Below, one piece after another: positions 1-10,283 of a DNA stretch of 64,000 nt. Both the position numbers and the translations under genes were made by a program. How positions within the stretch are numbered: the stretch's first letter is position 1; each line of letters starts with the position of its first letter. Under the pieces are notes generated by a model that ran no database searches, was not told where the DNA came from, and was given only the letters and a program-made list of their open reading frames with translations. The DNA is from Bacteroidota bacterium (GTDB lineage: Bacteria > Bacteroidota > Bacteroidia > Bacteroidales > JAAUTT01): assembly GCA_023429135.1 (NCBI GenBank), contig JAEYWD010000062.1, forward strand, positions 115,416 to 179,415. Direction: 5' to 3'.

Positions 1-3000
1 ATTTCTTACAATCTTAATTGGTTTTCCATAAGCTGAAAGTGCAAGCCATTGCGAAGTAATATCACAATTTTCAACTAACCCGTTCTCCGAGCCTATTTGA
101 ATTCCTTCTCTTGTATTTTCAAACTTAATATTTCTAAAAGTTATATTACTGCCAATTCCCTTGAATTTACCTCCCATTGCATCTTTAAAAGGTCTTACAT
201 CAATGTTTTCACAAATAGAATTATTTCCTCCTAAATATATAGCATCACTGTCTGTTCCCCCTTTTATGGTGATGTTTTTAATATTGAAACCCTCTCCTTC
301 GAATTTCAGCACTTGAAAATAATTGTCAGTATTCACAATTTTTACAAGTTCTTTTTGCTGGCCTGTAAATTTTACATTTTTTGCTGATACCGCCAACGGA
401 TAAAACGATTTATAGGTACCGTTCGCAATATAAATCTTCCCATTATCCTTAATTGCAAAACCTGCTGCTATCAGCGAAGATGTGTGTGCGCCAGGGCATT
501 CAGCAAAATCGTCATCAACAGCAATCGAATCAGACGACTTCACATAGTGCAGATTAAAATCATATACACCCTGCTTTTCGGCCCGTACGCTGATAACCCA
601 CGTTAAACTGCCCGATTTTCCCGGAAGTTTTGTTGCAAGTTCAACAAGTTGAGACGAATCAAGAGTTGTATTCCTGCGATACGCAATTCCCTGAATGGAC
701 AGATAGTCGTTATCACCTAAATTATGGCAATTGACAAACAATTCAGATGGAACGCTGGCTTCATTTATTCGCTTCGAAATTGCCTGAAAGCCATCGCCAG
801 GTTTTCCATTCAATAAGTATGTATTTGTTGTGAAAACTTTAATTGTATCGGTAAACTGAGCCTTCCCTTTTGAATTATATATCAGCGGTGTAATTTCCTT
901 AAGGGTTAGATGTATAGCTGTTGCAGTTTGATTGGTTATTTTTATATAATATTTACCGGCAGCAAGGGAGTCGTTTACCGGATTAAAATCAGAACTTTTT
1001 GAATTTCTGGAATAAAAATTTCTATTCGAAAATCTCCTGCAGTTTTCATCCCAGATGTCAAAATTTCCTCTTTCATTTTCACTGATAATCGAAAAATGGG
1101 TATACTTCTTTTGTGATAAATCAAATTGATAGTAATACTCTTTATCGGGCAAGGTATTAACTTTTAAAATGGAATTGTACGACATGGAATTTAACACCGG
1201 GTTATGTAATACAATCTGGTACGAACCAGTATCATTGACACTACTGGTTACAAAAATTGAATAAACACCATCCGATGGCAGGGTATATAATATATCCTCA
1301 TCATCATAATTACTTTTTGATAATTTTTTACGGGCCACCAAATGTCCTTCATTATCCAATAACTCGAATAAGCCACCTGATAATATATAGTCGGTTTGTA
1401 TTCCATTGATGGACACAAATTCATTCTTTTTGCCGGTAAACCAGATATGATCAGCATCGTACCTGTACCTTAACTTTTTCCTCAGCGTATCTCCATAGGC
1501 GATCCTGTATTTTTCGTCATAGCTAATAGTCAGTGAGAATTTACATTTTTCTATATATTTTATTTCAAAATAATAGATTGAATCTTTTGAAACTGGCGCT
1601 ATTATTGAAGTTTCCAATTCATAAACCGCTTCTTCCTTAATTAATTTATTACTTTGAGAGAAAATCTTTATACGGCCCCCATAAACTTTTGACAGGGTCT
1701 TGAATTTGGTTAACAGAATATTGTTTGAATCGGGGGAGAAGCTATATAATTTGAATTTTTGAGAAGTTGTAAGCGAATCGGATATGGTTGTGTTTAACAT
1801 TAGCGAAGTGGGTGCCAGGACCTGAATTGAGAAGTTGCCTTCATCATCCTGATATTGCCAGTTCACATTAATCAGTATCTCTCCTTTGGCCAGTAATACA
1901 TATCTGGATCTCCCATCAATACCACCGTTTACTTTTAAAACCTGTGATTGAATAACATTATACATACCGTTCAGCCATCGATATGTTCCCTGATCCAATA
2001 CAAAACCATAAACATTACTCTCGGGGATATTCACCTTAAACTGAACCATTTTGCCTTTTTTAAGATTGTAGTTGTATTGCTGGTTCAGGTTTAAATTGAT
2101 AACGGTGTCGGCGACACTTGCGTTGCTTAGTTCAACTTTTATGGTATCGGGCAGTTTTCCGCCTTTAATGGTCAGATTTCCTTTTAATAATTCTCCTTGA
2201 GATCCATACCCCTGGGCTACCAGATAGACATCCACATCTTCAGGAAACATAAGTTTGCTTCCTCCTTCATCAACAAATGCTCTTGCTTCGAAAACCGGAG
2301 GTACTGCATCTGCAAGGTGATACGATTTCATGGAATGATGATCTACTTCCAGCGATTTTTTTGAACCCTCATCATTTTGCCTTGCACCGCTCATCCAGCA
2401 ACCTACCTTCACCCGGTAACATTGCGCCGTAGTGCATTCCCAGCGCCAGCAGAGCGCATCTTTATCCTTCTTGTTCCTGAAATCGTCGCAATTCCACCAC
2501 GACAAATGTCCTATTTCAGCCTGTAATGCCAGTCCGGTGGGCGAACCGCTTGAAGTTACTACGGTTCCCATACCTTCCTCCACCCAAATACCGTTATTTT
2601 CGTTAATTGACCAGAGAGGAATTTTATCGCCCGCCTTTGCCCCCGAAGTATAGATCGGGATCACAATTGTGGCAGTTTTTCCTGGTGCAAGCTGCAATTG
2701 CTTGTCCCCTTGCTGAAAATTGAATTCAATGACCCCCAGACTCAGTAATACGACTTCGTCGCCGCTATAACGAACAGCCTGAAAGGTTCCCGGAAAAGCT
2801 CCGGTCTGACGGGCTACATCCACCGGTGTAACCGAAACACTTACATTCCCAGTAGCAGCAGTTCCATCGGGCTTTATCAGGGCATCTACCGGAAGGATCA
2901 TTGATCCACCATCATTGCCGCTTACCTTTCCTCCAAATTCGGCATTTTGAAATGTGAATTGGTTATTTCTCTTTTTTAATGTAACATAAAAGAAGGCTTC

Positions 3001-3351
3001 TTTTTTATCGGGGGAAATGATTAACGCCACCACCTGGTTCACATATCCGGTTTTGGTGAGTTTAAAATGAAGAGGAATTCCCACAGGTAAATTATTAAGT
3101 GTTATGGAACCTGAGTTATCAGTGGTTCCGTTAGAAGTACCTTCGACCAACGAAACACTAACTCCTGTAGCACTTTTTTCATCAGTGTCCATGACAAATC
3201 CTTTCACTTTCCCTGTGTTTCCTGTAGAAGTTTCGCCTGGAGCAATAGCAACTGTTTTGGTAATGCTGTGCATTGCGCCATAATTACCTCTCACTGTAAG
3301 TGTTATTTGGTAATTACCGGCTGCCATGAAAATGTGAGGTATTTCTGCGGA
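1..3351 (-). pseudogene. Distal 1117 codons of a giant secreted surface protein. It contains the second half of a PKD domain, a carboxypeptidase-regulatory-like Ig domain, a long beta-rich region, and a right-handed beta-helix-like region near the window start. It is in the same frame as 3352..4155 but separated from it by TAA. The gene's 3' end lies beyond the window.
   Basis: Hand translation of the minus strand from 3351 down to 1 stays open in one frame (SAEIPHIFMAAGNYQITLTVRG..., GKVKGFVMDTDEKSATGVSVSLVEG..., NIKNITIKGGTDSDAIYLGGNNS...). No competing ORF over 75 aa is listed for 1..3350. It is absent from the track because it has no stop inside the window. Confidence 0.7.
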
Positions 3352-4155
3352 TTATCCCCGGCAGCCATTTCCGAAATCCCAGGCATATATTAATTGCTCA
3401 CTGTTAGCTCCGGATGATGCCAAACCATTAAAAACAAGCGGTTGCCCGACTTTCGTATTCCCTGAATAACTGAAGTTTGCTACAGGCTTTGATGCTTCTG
3501 ATAACTGATACGACTTGATAATGGCGCTGGAAACATCAAAAGTGTCTCTTTTAGAGATATAGCCATCTTTAATAATGTCGACTAAAATTTTAGTAGAAGC
3601 GTCTGGTGCTAAGGCTGATTTTAACCGGCTTTCCTGCTTCTTTTCAGGCATATTTCTGTAGAGTCTAACGTTTATGTTACATGGCGATATTACTGTAATC
3701 TTTTTTATTTCACTCTGTGTGCCCACCGAAAATTGAAGCTTATAATAATAGACGCCGGCAGCTATCCATGAATTATTGGTATAGGTACGGCCATAGATGT
3801 TGGTAAATTCCAGTTTGGCTTCAAGCGGATAATTGTATTCAAGGTAATAGCCGGAAGTCTGAGAAGATATAACATTAGGCATGATTTCCCTTACTATGAT
3901 GCTTTTACTTTCTTTTAGATTCTTTGCAACTGATGTTACATCCACAAACTTCAGTTCGCGTTCTAATACGCCCTGTTCGTTAGTAAAAGCAGAGTCAACA
4001 GCATTGACCTGTCCTGGAAGGTAAAATTTGACATAAACCCTTGGAATAGGAGCGTTTCCGGTATTTTTAACTGTAGCCTTAAACAGTACATCGTTGGATA
4101 GAGCATCAATTATTCCAAATAGAATAAAAAATGAAATGAACAATAAGGTTTTCAT
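3352..4155 (-). CDS. N-terminal 267-aa fragment of the same surface protein (signal peptide, Ig-like region, first half of a PKD domain), ending at an in-frame TAA
   Basis: Track ORF. N-terminal MKTLLFISFFILFGIIDALS signal peptide. C-terminus ...LIYAWDFGNGCRG* stops inside the PKD WDFGxG loop. Confidence 0.75.
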   Translation of the reverse strand: MKTLLFISFFILFGIIDALSNDVLFKATVKNTGNAPIPRVYVKFYLPGQVNAVDSAFTNEQGVLERELKFVDVTSVAKNLKESKSIIVREIMPNVISSQTSGYYLEYNYPLEAKLEFTNIYGRTYTNNSWIAAGVYYYKLQFSVGTQSEIKKITVISPCNINVRLYRNMPEKKQESRLKSALAPDASTKILVDIIKDGYISKRDTFDVSSAIIKSYQLSEASKPVANFSYSGNTKVGQPLVFNGLASSGANSEQLIYAWDFGNGCRG

Positions 4156-4525
4156 GGCCAGTATTTTTAATAAGCAATTTCAAAGCGAGAATTCTAAGGC
4201 GAAGGAAAGGCAGGAGGTATGAAAGTGGTGTGATCGGGTAATTTCACAAAGAAAAATGTTAAATAAAATTACTTTCAGAAATGGCGAATTGTAATTTTTA
4301 TTTGATTAATTATTTAATATGATTGATTAATATTGAATATCTGCATATTAATGCGGACCTGGTTGTTTATTCCAACTTCAAGTGTATAATAACTGTCCTG
4401 TCAAGGTTAATATCTAACCTTTTTGAAACCTGTTACTTACAATTCTGGAATATTTACTTTAATCTTATGGAAAACCGTTCGGACTAACTGATATGTAAAA
4501 AGATTTTTCATTTGAACAAATCCGT

Positions 4526-4563
4526 AACCAGATGGTTTCATTTATATGTAATCATATGGTTAC
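4526..4563. promoter_or_regulatory. Candidate ArsR-family operator: palindrome AACCAGATGGTT plus near-palindrome GTAATCATATGGTTAC, sharing a repeated ATGGTTNCAT
   Basis: Inverted repeats read directly at 4526-4537 and 4548-4563, 17 nt upstream of the ArsR-type gene start. ArsR/SmtB repressors typically bind imperfect inverted repeats over their own promoter. Confidence 0.35.
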
Positions 4564-4579
4564 ATAAAATTTATTCTAT

Positions 4580-4888
4580 ATGGAAACACGACGAGATGTT
4601 TTTCAGGCCATAGCCGATCCCACCCGCAGAGAGATTATTAATCTGCTGGCGCACCAAACCATGAATCTGAATGCCGTAGCTGATAAATTCGATATTAGCC
4701 GGCCTGCTGTATCAAAGCATATTAAGATTCTGGCCGAATGTGGCTTGATTCTTATCTCTCAGCAGGGCAGAGAAAGGTATTGTTCATCCAACATCCTTAA
4801 ACTTAAGGATGTTGCAGATTGGGTAGGCCGTTACCAGGATTTCTGGAACAAAAAGCTTGATGCACTGGGAGAATTTCTCGCAAAATGA
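4580..4888 (+). CDS. ArsR/SmtB-family winged-HTH transcriptional regulator
   Basis: 102 aa. DPTRREIINLL...NAVADKFDISRPAVSKHIKILAECGLI is the typical ArsR HTH signature. Confidence 0.85.
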   Translation: METRRDVFQAIADPTRREIINLLAHQTMNLNAVADKFDISRPAVSKHIKILAECGLILISQQGRERYCSSNILKLKDVADWVGRYQDFWNKKLDALGEFLAK

Positions 4889-4940
4889 AACACAGAATAT
4901 AAACAGATAAAAAGAAGTAATCACCTTTAAAACTACAAAT

Positions 4941-5384
4941 ATGGAAACAACACCATTAATAATTGAAAGAACGTATGATGCCCCTGTTCATAAGGTATGG
5001 CGAGCCATTACAAATAAGGAAGACATGAAGCAATGGTATTTCGATTTGCAGGAGTTTCGGCCAGAGATTGGTTTTGAATTTACATTTACGGGTTGTGCTG
5101 AAGAAAGAGAATACCTGCATTTGTGCAAAGTTACCGAAGTGGTTGAAGGAAAACGTATTGCATATAGCTGGAAGTATGATAATTATCCGGGAATGTCGTA
5201 TGTATCTTTTGATTTAAAGGAGATGGGCAATAAAACACATCTCACGCTCACACATCGCGGCCTTGAAACTTTCCCACAGGATATCCCCGATTTTGCTAAA
5301 CAATGTTTTGCTGAAGGCTGGCAATATTTTATCGAGGTTGGTTTAAAGAATTATTTGGAATCAACTCAAGTTTTACAGGAATAG
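4941..5384 (+). CDS. SRPBCC / Aha1-domain (activator of Hsp90 ATPase homolog 1-like) protein
   Basis: 147 aa. The start TTPLIIERTYDAPVHKVWRAITNKEDMKQW is typical of AHSA1/SRPBCC proteins, which are commonly paired with ArsR regulators. Confidence 0.7.
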   Translation: METTPLIIERTYDAPVHKVWRAITNKEDMKQWYFDLQEFRPEIGFEFTFTGCAEEREYLHLCKVTEVVEGKRIAYSWKYDNYPGMSYVSFDLKEMGNKTHLTLTHRGLETFPQDIPDFAKQCFAEGWQYFIEVGLKNYLESTQVLQE

Positions 5385-5394
5385 TTTATTATTA

Positions 5395-5428
5395 AGTTAC
5401 GGGGTAAACCAGTTTTTATCCCGTAACT
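5395..5428 (+). terminator. Possible intrinsic terminator after the ArsR-SRPBCC pair
   Basis: 9-bp stem AGTTACGGG/CCCGTAACT with a 16-nt loop. The trailing T-tract is weak. Confidence 0.35.
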
Positions 5429-5545
5429 GTATAATTTTAAACTTTAGAATGTTAGACAGAACTTTTCAATCTTAAACACAACATCTACAAGGGCTTCGAC
5501 GTTAAATCAAAAGAAACTATTTTTTATATCCAAATTTGGCCCTTT

Positions 5546-6058
5546 ATGAAAAAGATATTTTTATTATTTCTGACTTCTATGGTGTGTTTAGGTGTTAATT
5601 CGCAAACAACACCAAAGTTTAATCTTACCAGGGATGGTGTTTCGCCGGTGGTTATAACTTTAGACGCAAGTTTTACTGCTTATAAGATTTATGAAAAGGT
5701 GAAAAGCTGGAATGCATCACTCATTAAATATCCCGAAACAGGACTCCGGGTGGATAACCCCAATACCCAGGTAAAATTTGCGGGTTATAAGGATAACGCC
5801 TGGAAAATTCGTGATAACAACTTCGATCATTGGTACACCCTTCAGTACACACTCAATGTGGAAATAAAAGATGGCCGATGCCGCGTAACTTTCGAAACCC
5901 CCGAAACCCGGTATAAAGTTTGGTATAATACTGATGGAAGCGTTATTCCTAAATTTAAGGAATCGGAAGCTTCGTTCGAAACTACCATCAATGCGCTATT
6001 AAATTCCTTGGTTACACATATTAAAAGTGTGCCCAAAAAAGTAGAAGATAACTGGTAA
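5546..6058 (+). CDS. Hypothetical secreted protein
   Basis: 170 aa with signal peptide MKKIFLLFLTSMVCLGVNSQ. I cannot securely assign a family. Confidence 0.6.
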   Translation: MKKIFLLFLTSMVCLGVNSQTTPKFNLTRDGVSPVVITLDASFTAYKIYEKVKSWNASLIKYPETGLRVDNPNTQVKFAGYKDNAWKIRDNNFDHWYTLQYTLNVEIKDGRCRVTFETPETRYKVWYNTDGSVIPKFKESEASFETTINALLNSLVTHIKSVPKKVEDNW

Positions 6059-6301
6059 AACTTTTCTGAAAATTAGGTTTTAGTCAGAACTTTATTCCAA
6101 AAAGAAGTTTTTTGGTTAGAGCTTACCTTTGACCATATCGGGTTTACAATTCGGATTTGGTTTTCTCCTCTTTGTTTTTCTGTGGAAATTGCTTGATTTA
6201 ATTAATGTCAAAACACTATTGATTTTCAATTTGTTTTGACTTATTTTTATATGACTTCCGATCCTGCAAATCTCATTCTAAACAAAACAAGAAGGTTTGT
6301 T

Positions 6302-8146
6302 ATGAAACTTTTACCATTAGACATTTTAGGTCCACACGAACTACCTGGCAAACAGGTTAGATTTGGCTGTCTTTTTCCATGGATTTCTGCCGCCCAGGGA
6401 AATAAATTTTTTGTGAAAGTAATCCACGAAAACGATCAGTTTCTTCAGAAAATTCCGCCTAAAAGATTTTCACTTTCGCATTCCATAAATTCATTGTATG
6501 GAGATTTTTGGAGCGGAACCATTACCATTGATCCGGCCGATAAGGACTTCCCTGAATCGGCATGGGGTGACGATGGCACATACGTTTACAGGTTCGAGCT
6601 CGAAAGTCCCCTTTTGACGAACCCGCTCGATTGGATAGTCGATCCTTATGCCCGTGAATTCGGGATTGGACGGCAATCGGCTTTCACGCTCGGCTATCAG
6701 GATCATATCTGGGGCAATATAGAACAAAGCTGGAAAACCCCCGCCTTGAACGATCTGGTCGTATACGAAGTGATGTTCCATGAATTTGCAGCGGACCTAA
6801 ACGGCGCTAAGTTAAAACTCCCTTACTTACACGACTTAGGCATTAACTGTCTGGAAATAATGCCAGTTGCCAATATCGACCGATCGGTTGACTGGGGTTT
6901 TGAACCTATTGGGCCTTTTGGACTTGATGAGCGTTTCGGAAATAGAAAAGACATGCAAAAGTTTGTGCAAGAAGCACATGAGAAGGGTATCGCGGTAATT
7001 CTCGATATGATTTATGGTCATACAGGTCAAAATTTTGCCTATGAATATGTTTATAAAAAACTAAACTATCACCAAAATCCTTTTATGGGGCCATTCGCAT
7101 GCGATATGTTTGGACCAAGTGCCGATTACAACCATGAATTTACGCAGGACTTTTATTTCACAGTAAACTATTTCTGGCTCAACCGCTACCATATAGACGG
7201 TATCCGTTACGATTGTGTCCCGAATTATTATGAAGGATTTATGGACAAAGGTTATTCCAATCTTGTTTACAATACATACCAAACAATTAAAAATACAAAT
7301 GGAACTGGGCATTGGCAGCGCTTTTTTCATAACAACGGATTTCATCTTATTCAATGTGCAGAGCAATTAGAAAAACCAATTGAAATTGTTGAAAAAACCT
7401 ATAGCAACTGCACCTGGCAAAACGGCACACTCAACTCAGCCGAAAAAGTGTCATCAGGAGATTTTGGTCAGTTATACGCTTTAGGGATGAGCTTTGGATT
7501 AGACGGTTATCCGCATACAGCAACTCACGGAAATGATATCATTGAGAAATCGGCCTTCCAGTATATCGAAAATCATGACCATCCCCGGTTTATCTGTAAT
7601 TTTGGAACCAACAACCTTTATAAAGAGGTTTTCCGGGAAGGAAAACGCGAAAATTGGTTCAAGCTCCAGCCTTATGTTATTGGGTTATTACTTGCCAAAG
7701 GTATCCCCCTTATCTGGCACGGACAGGAGATAGTCGAAAACTATGATGTACCCGACAGTGGTACGGCTCGCATTGGAACCTTACGACCCGTACGATGGGA
7801 ATACTTTTATACCGATGAAGGCAAGCCAACCATCAATCTCTTCAGGAAACTACTGGCATTGCGCGTTAAGGAGGAGGTGTTCCGCAGTGGAAATTATTAT
7901 TTTATAAACAATTGGGAGGAACACCAGCAAAAAGGAATCCTTATGTTCGAGCGAAGGCTCGGAAATAAATATGCACTTGTGACTCTAAACTTTTCTAACG
8001 AAAGCTGTATATTAAAACATATTTTTCCTTTTGCAGGAAACTATATAGAAGCCTTGCACGGAGAAGACAATTACTTTGCTGTGACACCAGGGCAGCAGGT
8101 AAATTTGTTCATACCTTCCAATTATGGCAGGGTTTGGCTGGTATAA
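6302..8146 (+). CDS. GH13 alpha-amylase-family glycoside hydrolase with an N-terminal E-set/CBM48-like domain
   Basis: GH13 conserved regions are visible: DMIYGHTG (region I), GIRYDCVPN (region II), YIENHDHPRF (region IV). The track ORF begins at TTG 6236. ATG 6302 (MKLLPLDILGPHE) is preferred and ATG 6251 is also possible. Confidence 0.8.
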   Translation: MKLLPLDILGPHELPGKQVRFGCLFPWISAAQGNKFFVKVIHENDQFLQKIPPKRFSLSHSINSLYGDFWSGTITIDPADKDFPESAWGDDGTYVYRFELESPLLTNPLDWIVDPYAREFGIGRQSAFTLGYQDHIWGNIEQSWKTPALNDLVVYEVMFHEFAADLNGAKLKLPYLHDLGINCLEIMPVANIDRSVDWGFEPIGPFGLDERFGNRKDMQKFVQEAHEKGIAVILDMIYGHTGQNFAYEYVYKKLNYHQNPFMGPFACDMFGPSADYNHEFTQDFYFTVNYFWLNRYHIDGIRYDCVPNYYEGFMDKGYSNLVYNTYQTIKNTNGTGHWQRFFHNNGFHLIQCAEQLEKPIEIVEKTYSNCTWQNGTLNSAEKVSSGDFGQLYALGMSFGLDGYPHTATHGNDIIEKSAFQYIENHDHPRFICNFGTNNLYKEVFREGKRENWFKLQPYVIGLLLAKGIPLIWHGQEIVENYDVPDSGTARIGTLRPVRWEYFYTDEGKPTINLFRKLLALRVKEEVFRSGNYYFINNWEEHQQKGILMFERRLGNKYALVTLNFSNESCILKHIFPFAGNYIEALHGEDNYFAVTPGQQVNLFIPSNYGRVWLV

Positions 8147-8272
8147 AAAAAGTTTCGCGCCTACCGAAAGGATTCTTTTGAAAAACTCACCTTATTATTC
8201 ATTCCTGATTTTTAGGCACCTGTTGCCGAAACTAAATTTGTTCCGTCTGTTTTTTCATAAAACGTTAAGGAA

Positions 8273-8995
8273 ATGAATAAGTTATTTACCATTATTATAC
8301 TCTCAGCAGTGATATCATGCGGTCACAAAAGGGAACCTGCCAATGTTTCTGCACCGGGCTCCGAAAAAACCGGGAAAACGAAAGTGTTAGAAACAGGTTC
8401 TGCCGCATTGCAGGATAAAACTCCCATTAAACAACTCGAAATATATCTCGATGGTTTTCATTTTGCTAACGGAAATATGGCTATGCAAATGGAAGCACAC
8501 CATTATTGCATGAAGCTGAATGAAGATGTAACCCAGTGTGTGATGTATGATGGAAATACAAAAGATGCTAAAATCATGGGCGTTGAGTATATTATTTCGG
8601 AACGCTTGTTTAAGAAACTTCCTGAGAATGAAAAGAAGCTGTGGCACAGCCATGTTTATGAAGTAAAATCGGGTACCCTGATTGCACCAGGTTTACCCGA
8701 TGTTGCTGAAAAGGAACTGATGGAAGAAATTGTTTCCACCTATGGAAAAACCATCCATACCTGGCATACGAATATGGATCATGAGCTACCGCTGGGAATT
8801 CCTATGATTATGATGGGCTTTACCAAAGACGGACAGCTTGCCGATTCAATTCTGAAAAGGAGAGATAGCATTTTTAATGTTTCATCGGCCGAAAAAAGAG
8901 AACAGCGTAAAAGTATTCCCGATCCAAAAATTCTCCCCGGAGCGAACGCATGGGAAAAAAATGAAGTTTTTCAACTGGAACTGAAGCGTAAATAA
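8273..8995 (+). CDS. DUF1264 (OBAP-like) family lipoprotein or secreted protein
   Basis: 240 aa. N-terminal lipobox-like LSAVISCG. Motifs LDGFHFANGNM...EAHHYC...WHSHVYEV...HTWH match my recollection of DUF1264. Confidence 0.55.
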   Translation: MNKLFTIIILSAVISCGHKREPANVSAPGSEKTGKTKVLETGSAALQDKTPIKQLEIYLDGFHFANGNMAMQMEAHHYCMKLNEDVTQCVMYDGNTKDAKIMGVEYIISERLFKKLPENEKKLWHSHVYEVKSGTLIAPGLPDVAEKELMEEIVSTYGKTIHTWHTNMDHELPLGIPMIMMGFTKDGQLADSILKRRDSIFNVSSAEKREQRKSIPDPKILPGANAWEKNEVFQLELKRK

Positions 8996-9002
8996 TTATA
9001 AG

Positions 9003-9237
9003 TCGATAGTCGATGGTGGCTATGTTGCATAGAAATGTAGATTTGATTATATGTTTTTTAAGGCTGAAGGCCTTGGATAACTCAGCCCAGGGCAAAGCGA
9101 AGCGGCGCCCTGGGTTAATCAAACAGAATTTTTTTGGCGGCGTGAAAATATGTTAAAAAGGCTCTATGCTTAACATCGCCGCAATTGTGATTCAATTAAT
9201 ATCAACAATAATATACAACAGAGCCTCGATAGTCGAT
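9003..9237. mobile_element. MITE-like insert: 211 bp bounded by perfect 12-bp direct repeats TCGATAGTCGAT, with 13-bp terminal inverted repeats (11/13) and two internal GC-rich hairpins
   Basis: Direct repeats at 9003-9014 and 9226-9237. Left inverted repeat GGCTATGTTGCAT at 9018-9030 matches the reverse complement of 9213-9225 (GGCTCTGTTGTAT). Hairpins at 9084-9116 (CCCAGGGC/GCCCTGGG) and 9137-9182. Confidence 0.35.
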
Positions 9238-9465
9238 AGCCAATACAAATACAAGTCGTTTTGAAGTAATACATTGAAAGGTTAAGGTAATTTGTAAAAG
9301 GAGTATTGACAGTGTACCTTAGTTTGTCGGTTAAACATGAGTCGCCTACTGTTACGATTTCAAAAAAATTATGCAAAAGGGAACCAAAACTAACTTCTGA
9401 CCGTAAACGAGCTTGTTTGGTTTATCATTAACCAACAATTTATTACTAACCTAAAATTATCAATT

Positions 9466-9816
9466 ATGTTTGAAGCTCCCTTTTCTTTCGAAGGCCGGAT
9501 CAGAAGGACTGAGTACGGTATTAGCATGATTATTTATTTTGTTGCAGCAATGATCATGAATGTTCTGATCACGCAATCTCTTTTCTTTTTTATTCTTTAC
9601 ATTCCAATTTTGTGGTTCTTATGGGCTCAGGGCGCAAAAAGATGTCACGATAGAAACAACAGCGGCTGGTATCAGATTATTCCTTTATATGAACTTTGGA
9701 TGCTTTTTGCCGAAGGCGACTCTGGACCAAATGATTTTGGCGACGATCCAAAAGCTCCTGAAGCAATGAGAACCAGTACCCAGAAAGACATTCTGGATAG
9801 TGAGGTAAGTCTTTAA
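9466..9816 (+). CDS. DUF805-family inner-membrane protein
   Basis: 116 aa. GRIRRTEYGIS..., two TM helices, then AKRCHDRNNSGWYQIIP is the characteristic DUF805 motif. Confidence 0.75.
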   Translation: MFEAPFSFEGRIRRTEYGISMIIYFVAAMIMNVLITQSLFFFILYIPILWFLWAQGAKRCHDRNNSGWYQIIPLYELWMLFAEGDSGPNDFGDDPKAPEAMRTSTQKDILDSEVSL

Positions 9817-9839
9817 TTCTTTACCAAACTGTTTTGACT

Positions 9840-10283
9840 ATGGAAAATAACGATGTTTTGGACTCAGGAGTTCTTGATCAGCAAATTACTAAAACGGAAA
9901 CTTATGAATATGCAAGCACCGGGAAACGGTTTGCAAATTTTATAATTGACAGGATTGTAATTTTTATTTTGATTTTTATTTGTGGAATAATATATGCGAT
10001 TGCTTTCCCGGGTGAGGAAGAAATGGGAACCTTAACTTCTTACCTGATTGGGTATTCAGTGCTTGTTTTGTATTACACCATTCTCGAAAGTTCTACAGGG
10101 AAAACAGTGGGTAAAATGATTACGGGAACAAGGGTTTTAAATGATGACAATTCATCGCCTTCAACGGGTACAATACTTAAAAGAACTCTTTGCCGTATCA
10201 TTCCCTTTGAAGCGTTTTCTTTTCTTGGAGGAAATAATGGTTGGCACGACACTTTGACTTACACACAGGTGGTTAACGATTAA
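9840..10283 (+). CDS. RDD-family membrane protein
   Basis: RFANFIIDRIV... and TGKTVGKMITGTRV are RDD-domain features. The track start 9834 is TTG. ATG 9840 is preferred. Confidence 0.7.
   Translation: MENNDVLDSGVLDQQITKTETYEYASTGKRFANFIIDRIVIFILIFICGIIYAIAFPGEEEMGTLTSYLIGYSVLVLYYTILESSTGKTVGKMITGTRVLNDDNSSPSTGTILKRTLCRIIPFEAFSFLGGNNGWHDTLTYTQVVND

Noticed and set aside
3241-3327. Treating the region downstream of the TAA as an independent gene starting at ATG 3327 (MAAGNYQITLTV...).
   Set aside because: That start falls in the middle of a PKD domain whose first half is encoded upstream in the same frame. The product would also lack a signal peptide despite being an obvious cell-surface protein.
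8874-9122. 82-aa minus-strand ORF spanning the end of the DUF1264 gene and the GC-rich hairpin (contains ...INPGRRFALPWAELSKAF...).
   Set aside because: It overlaps a better-supported gene and is read through a repeat or hairpin element. This kind of peptide is the usual spurious translation of the CCCAGGGC/GCCCTGGG repeat.
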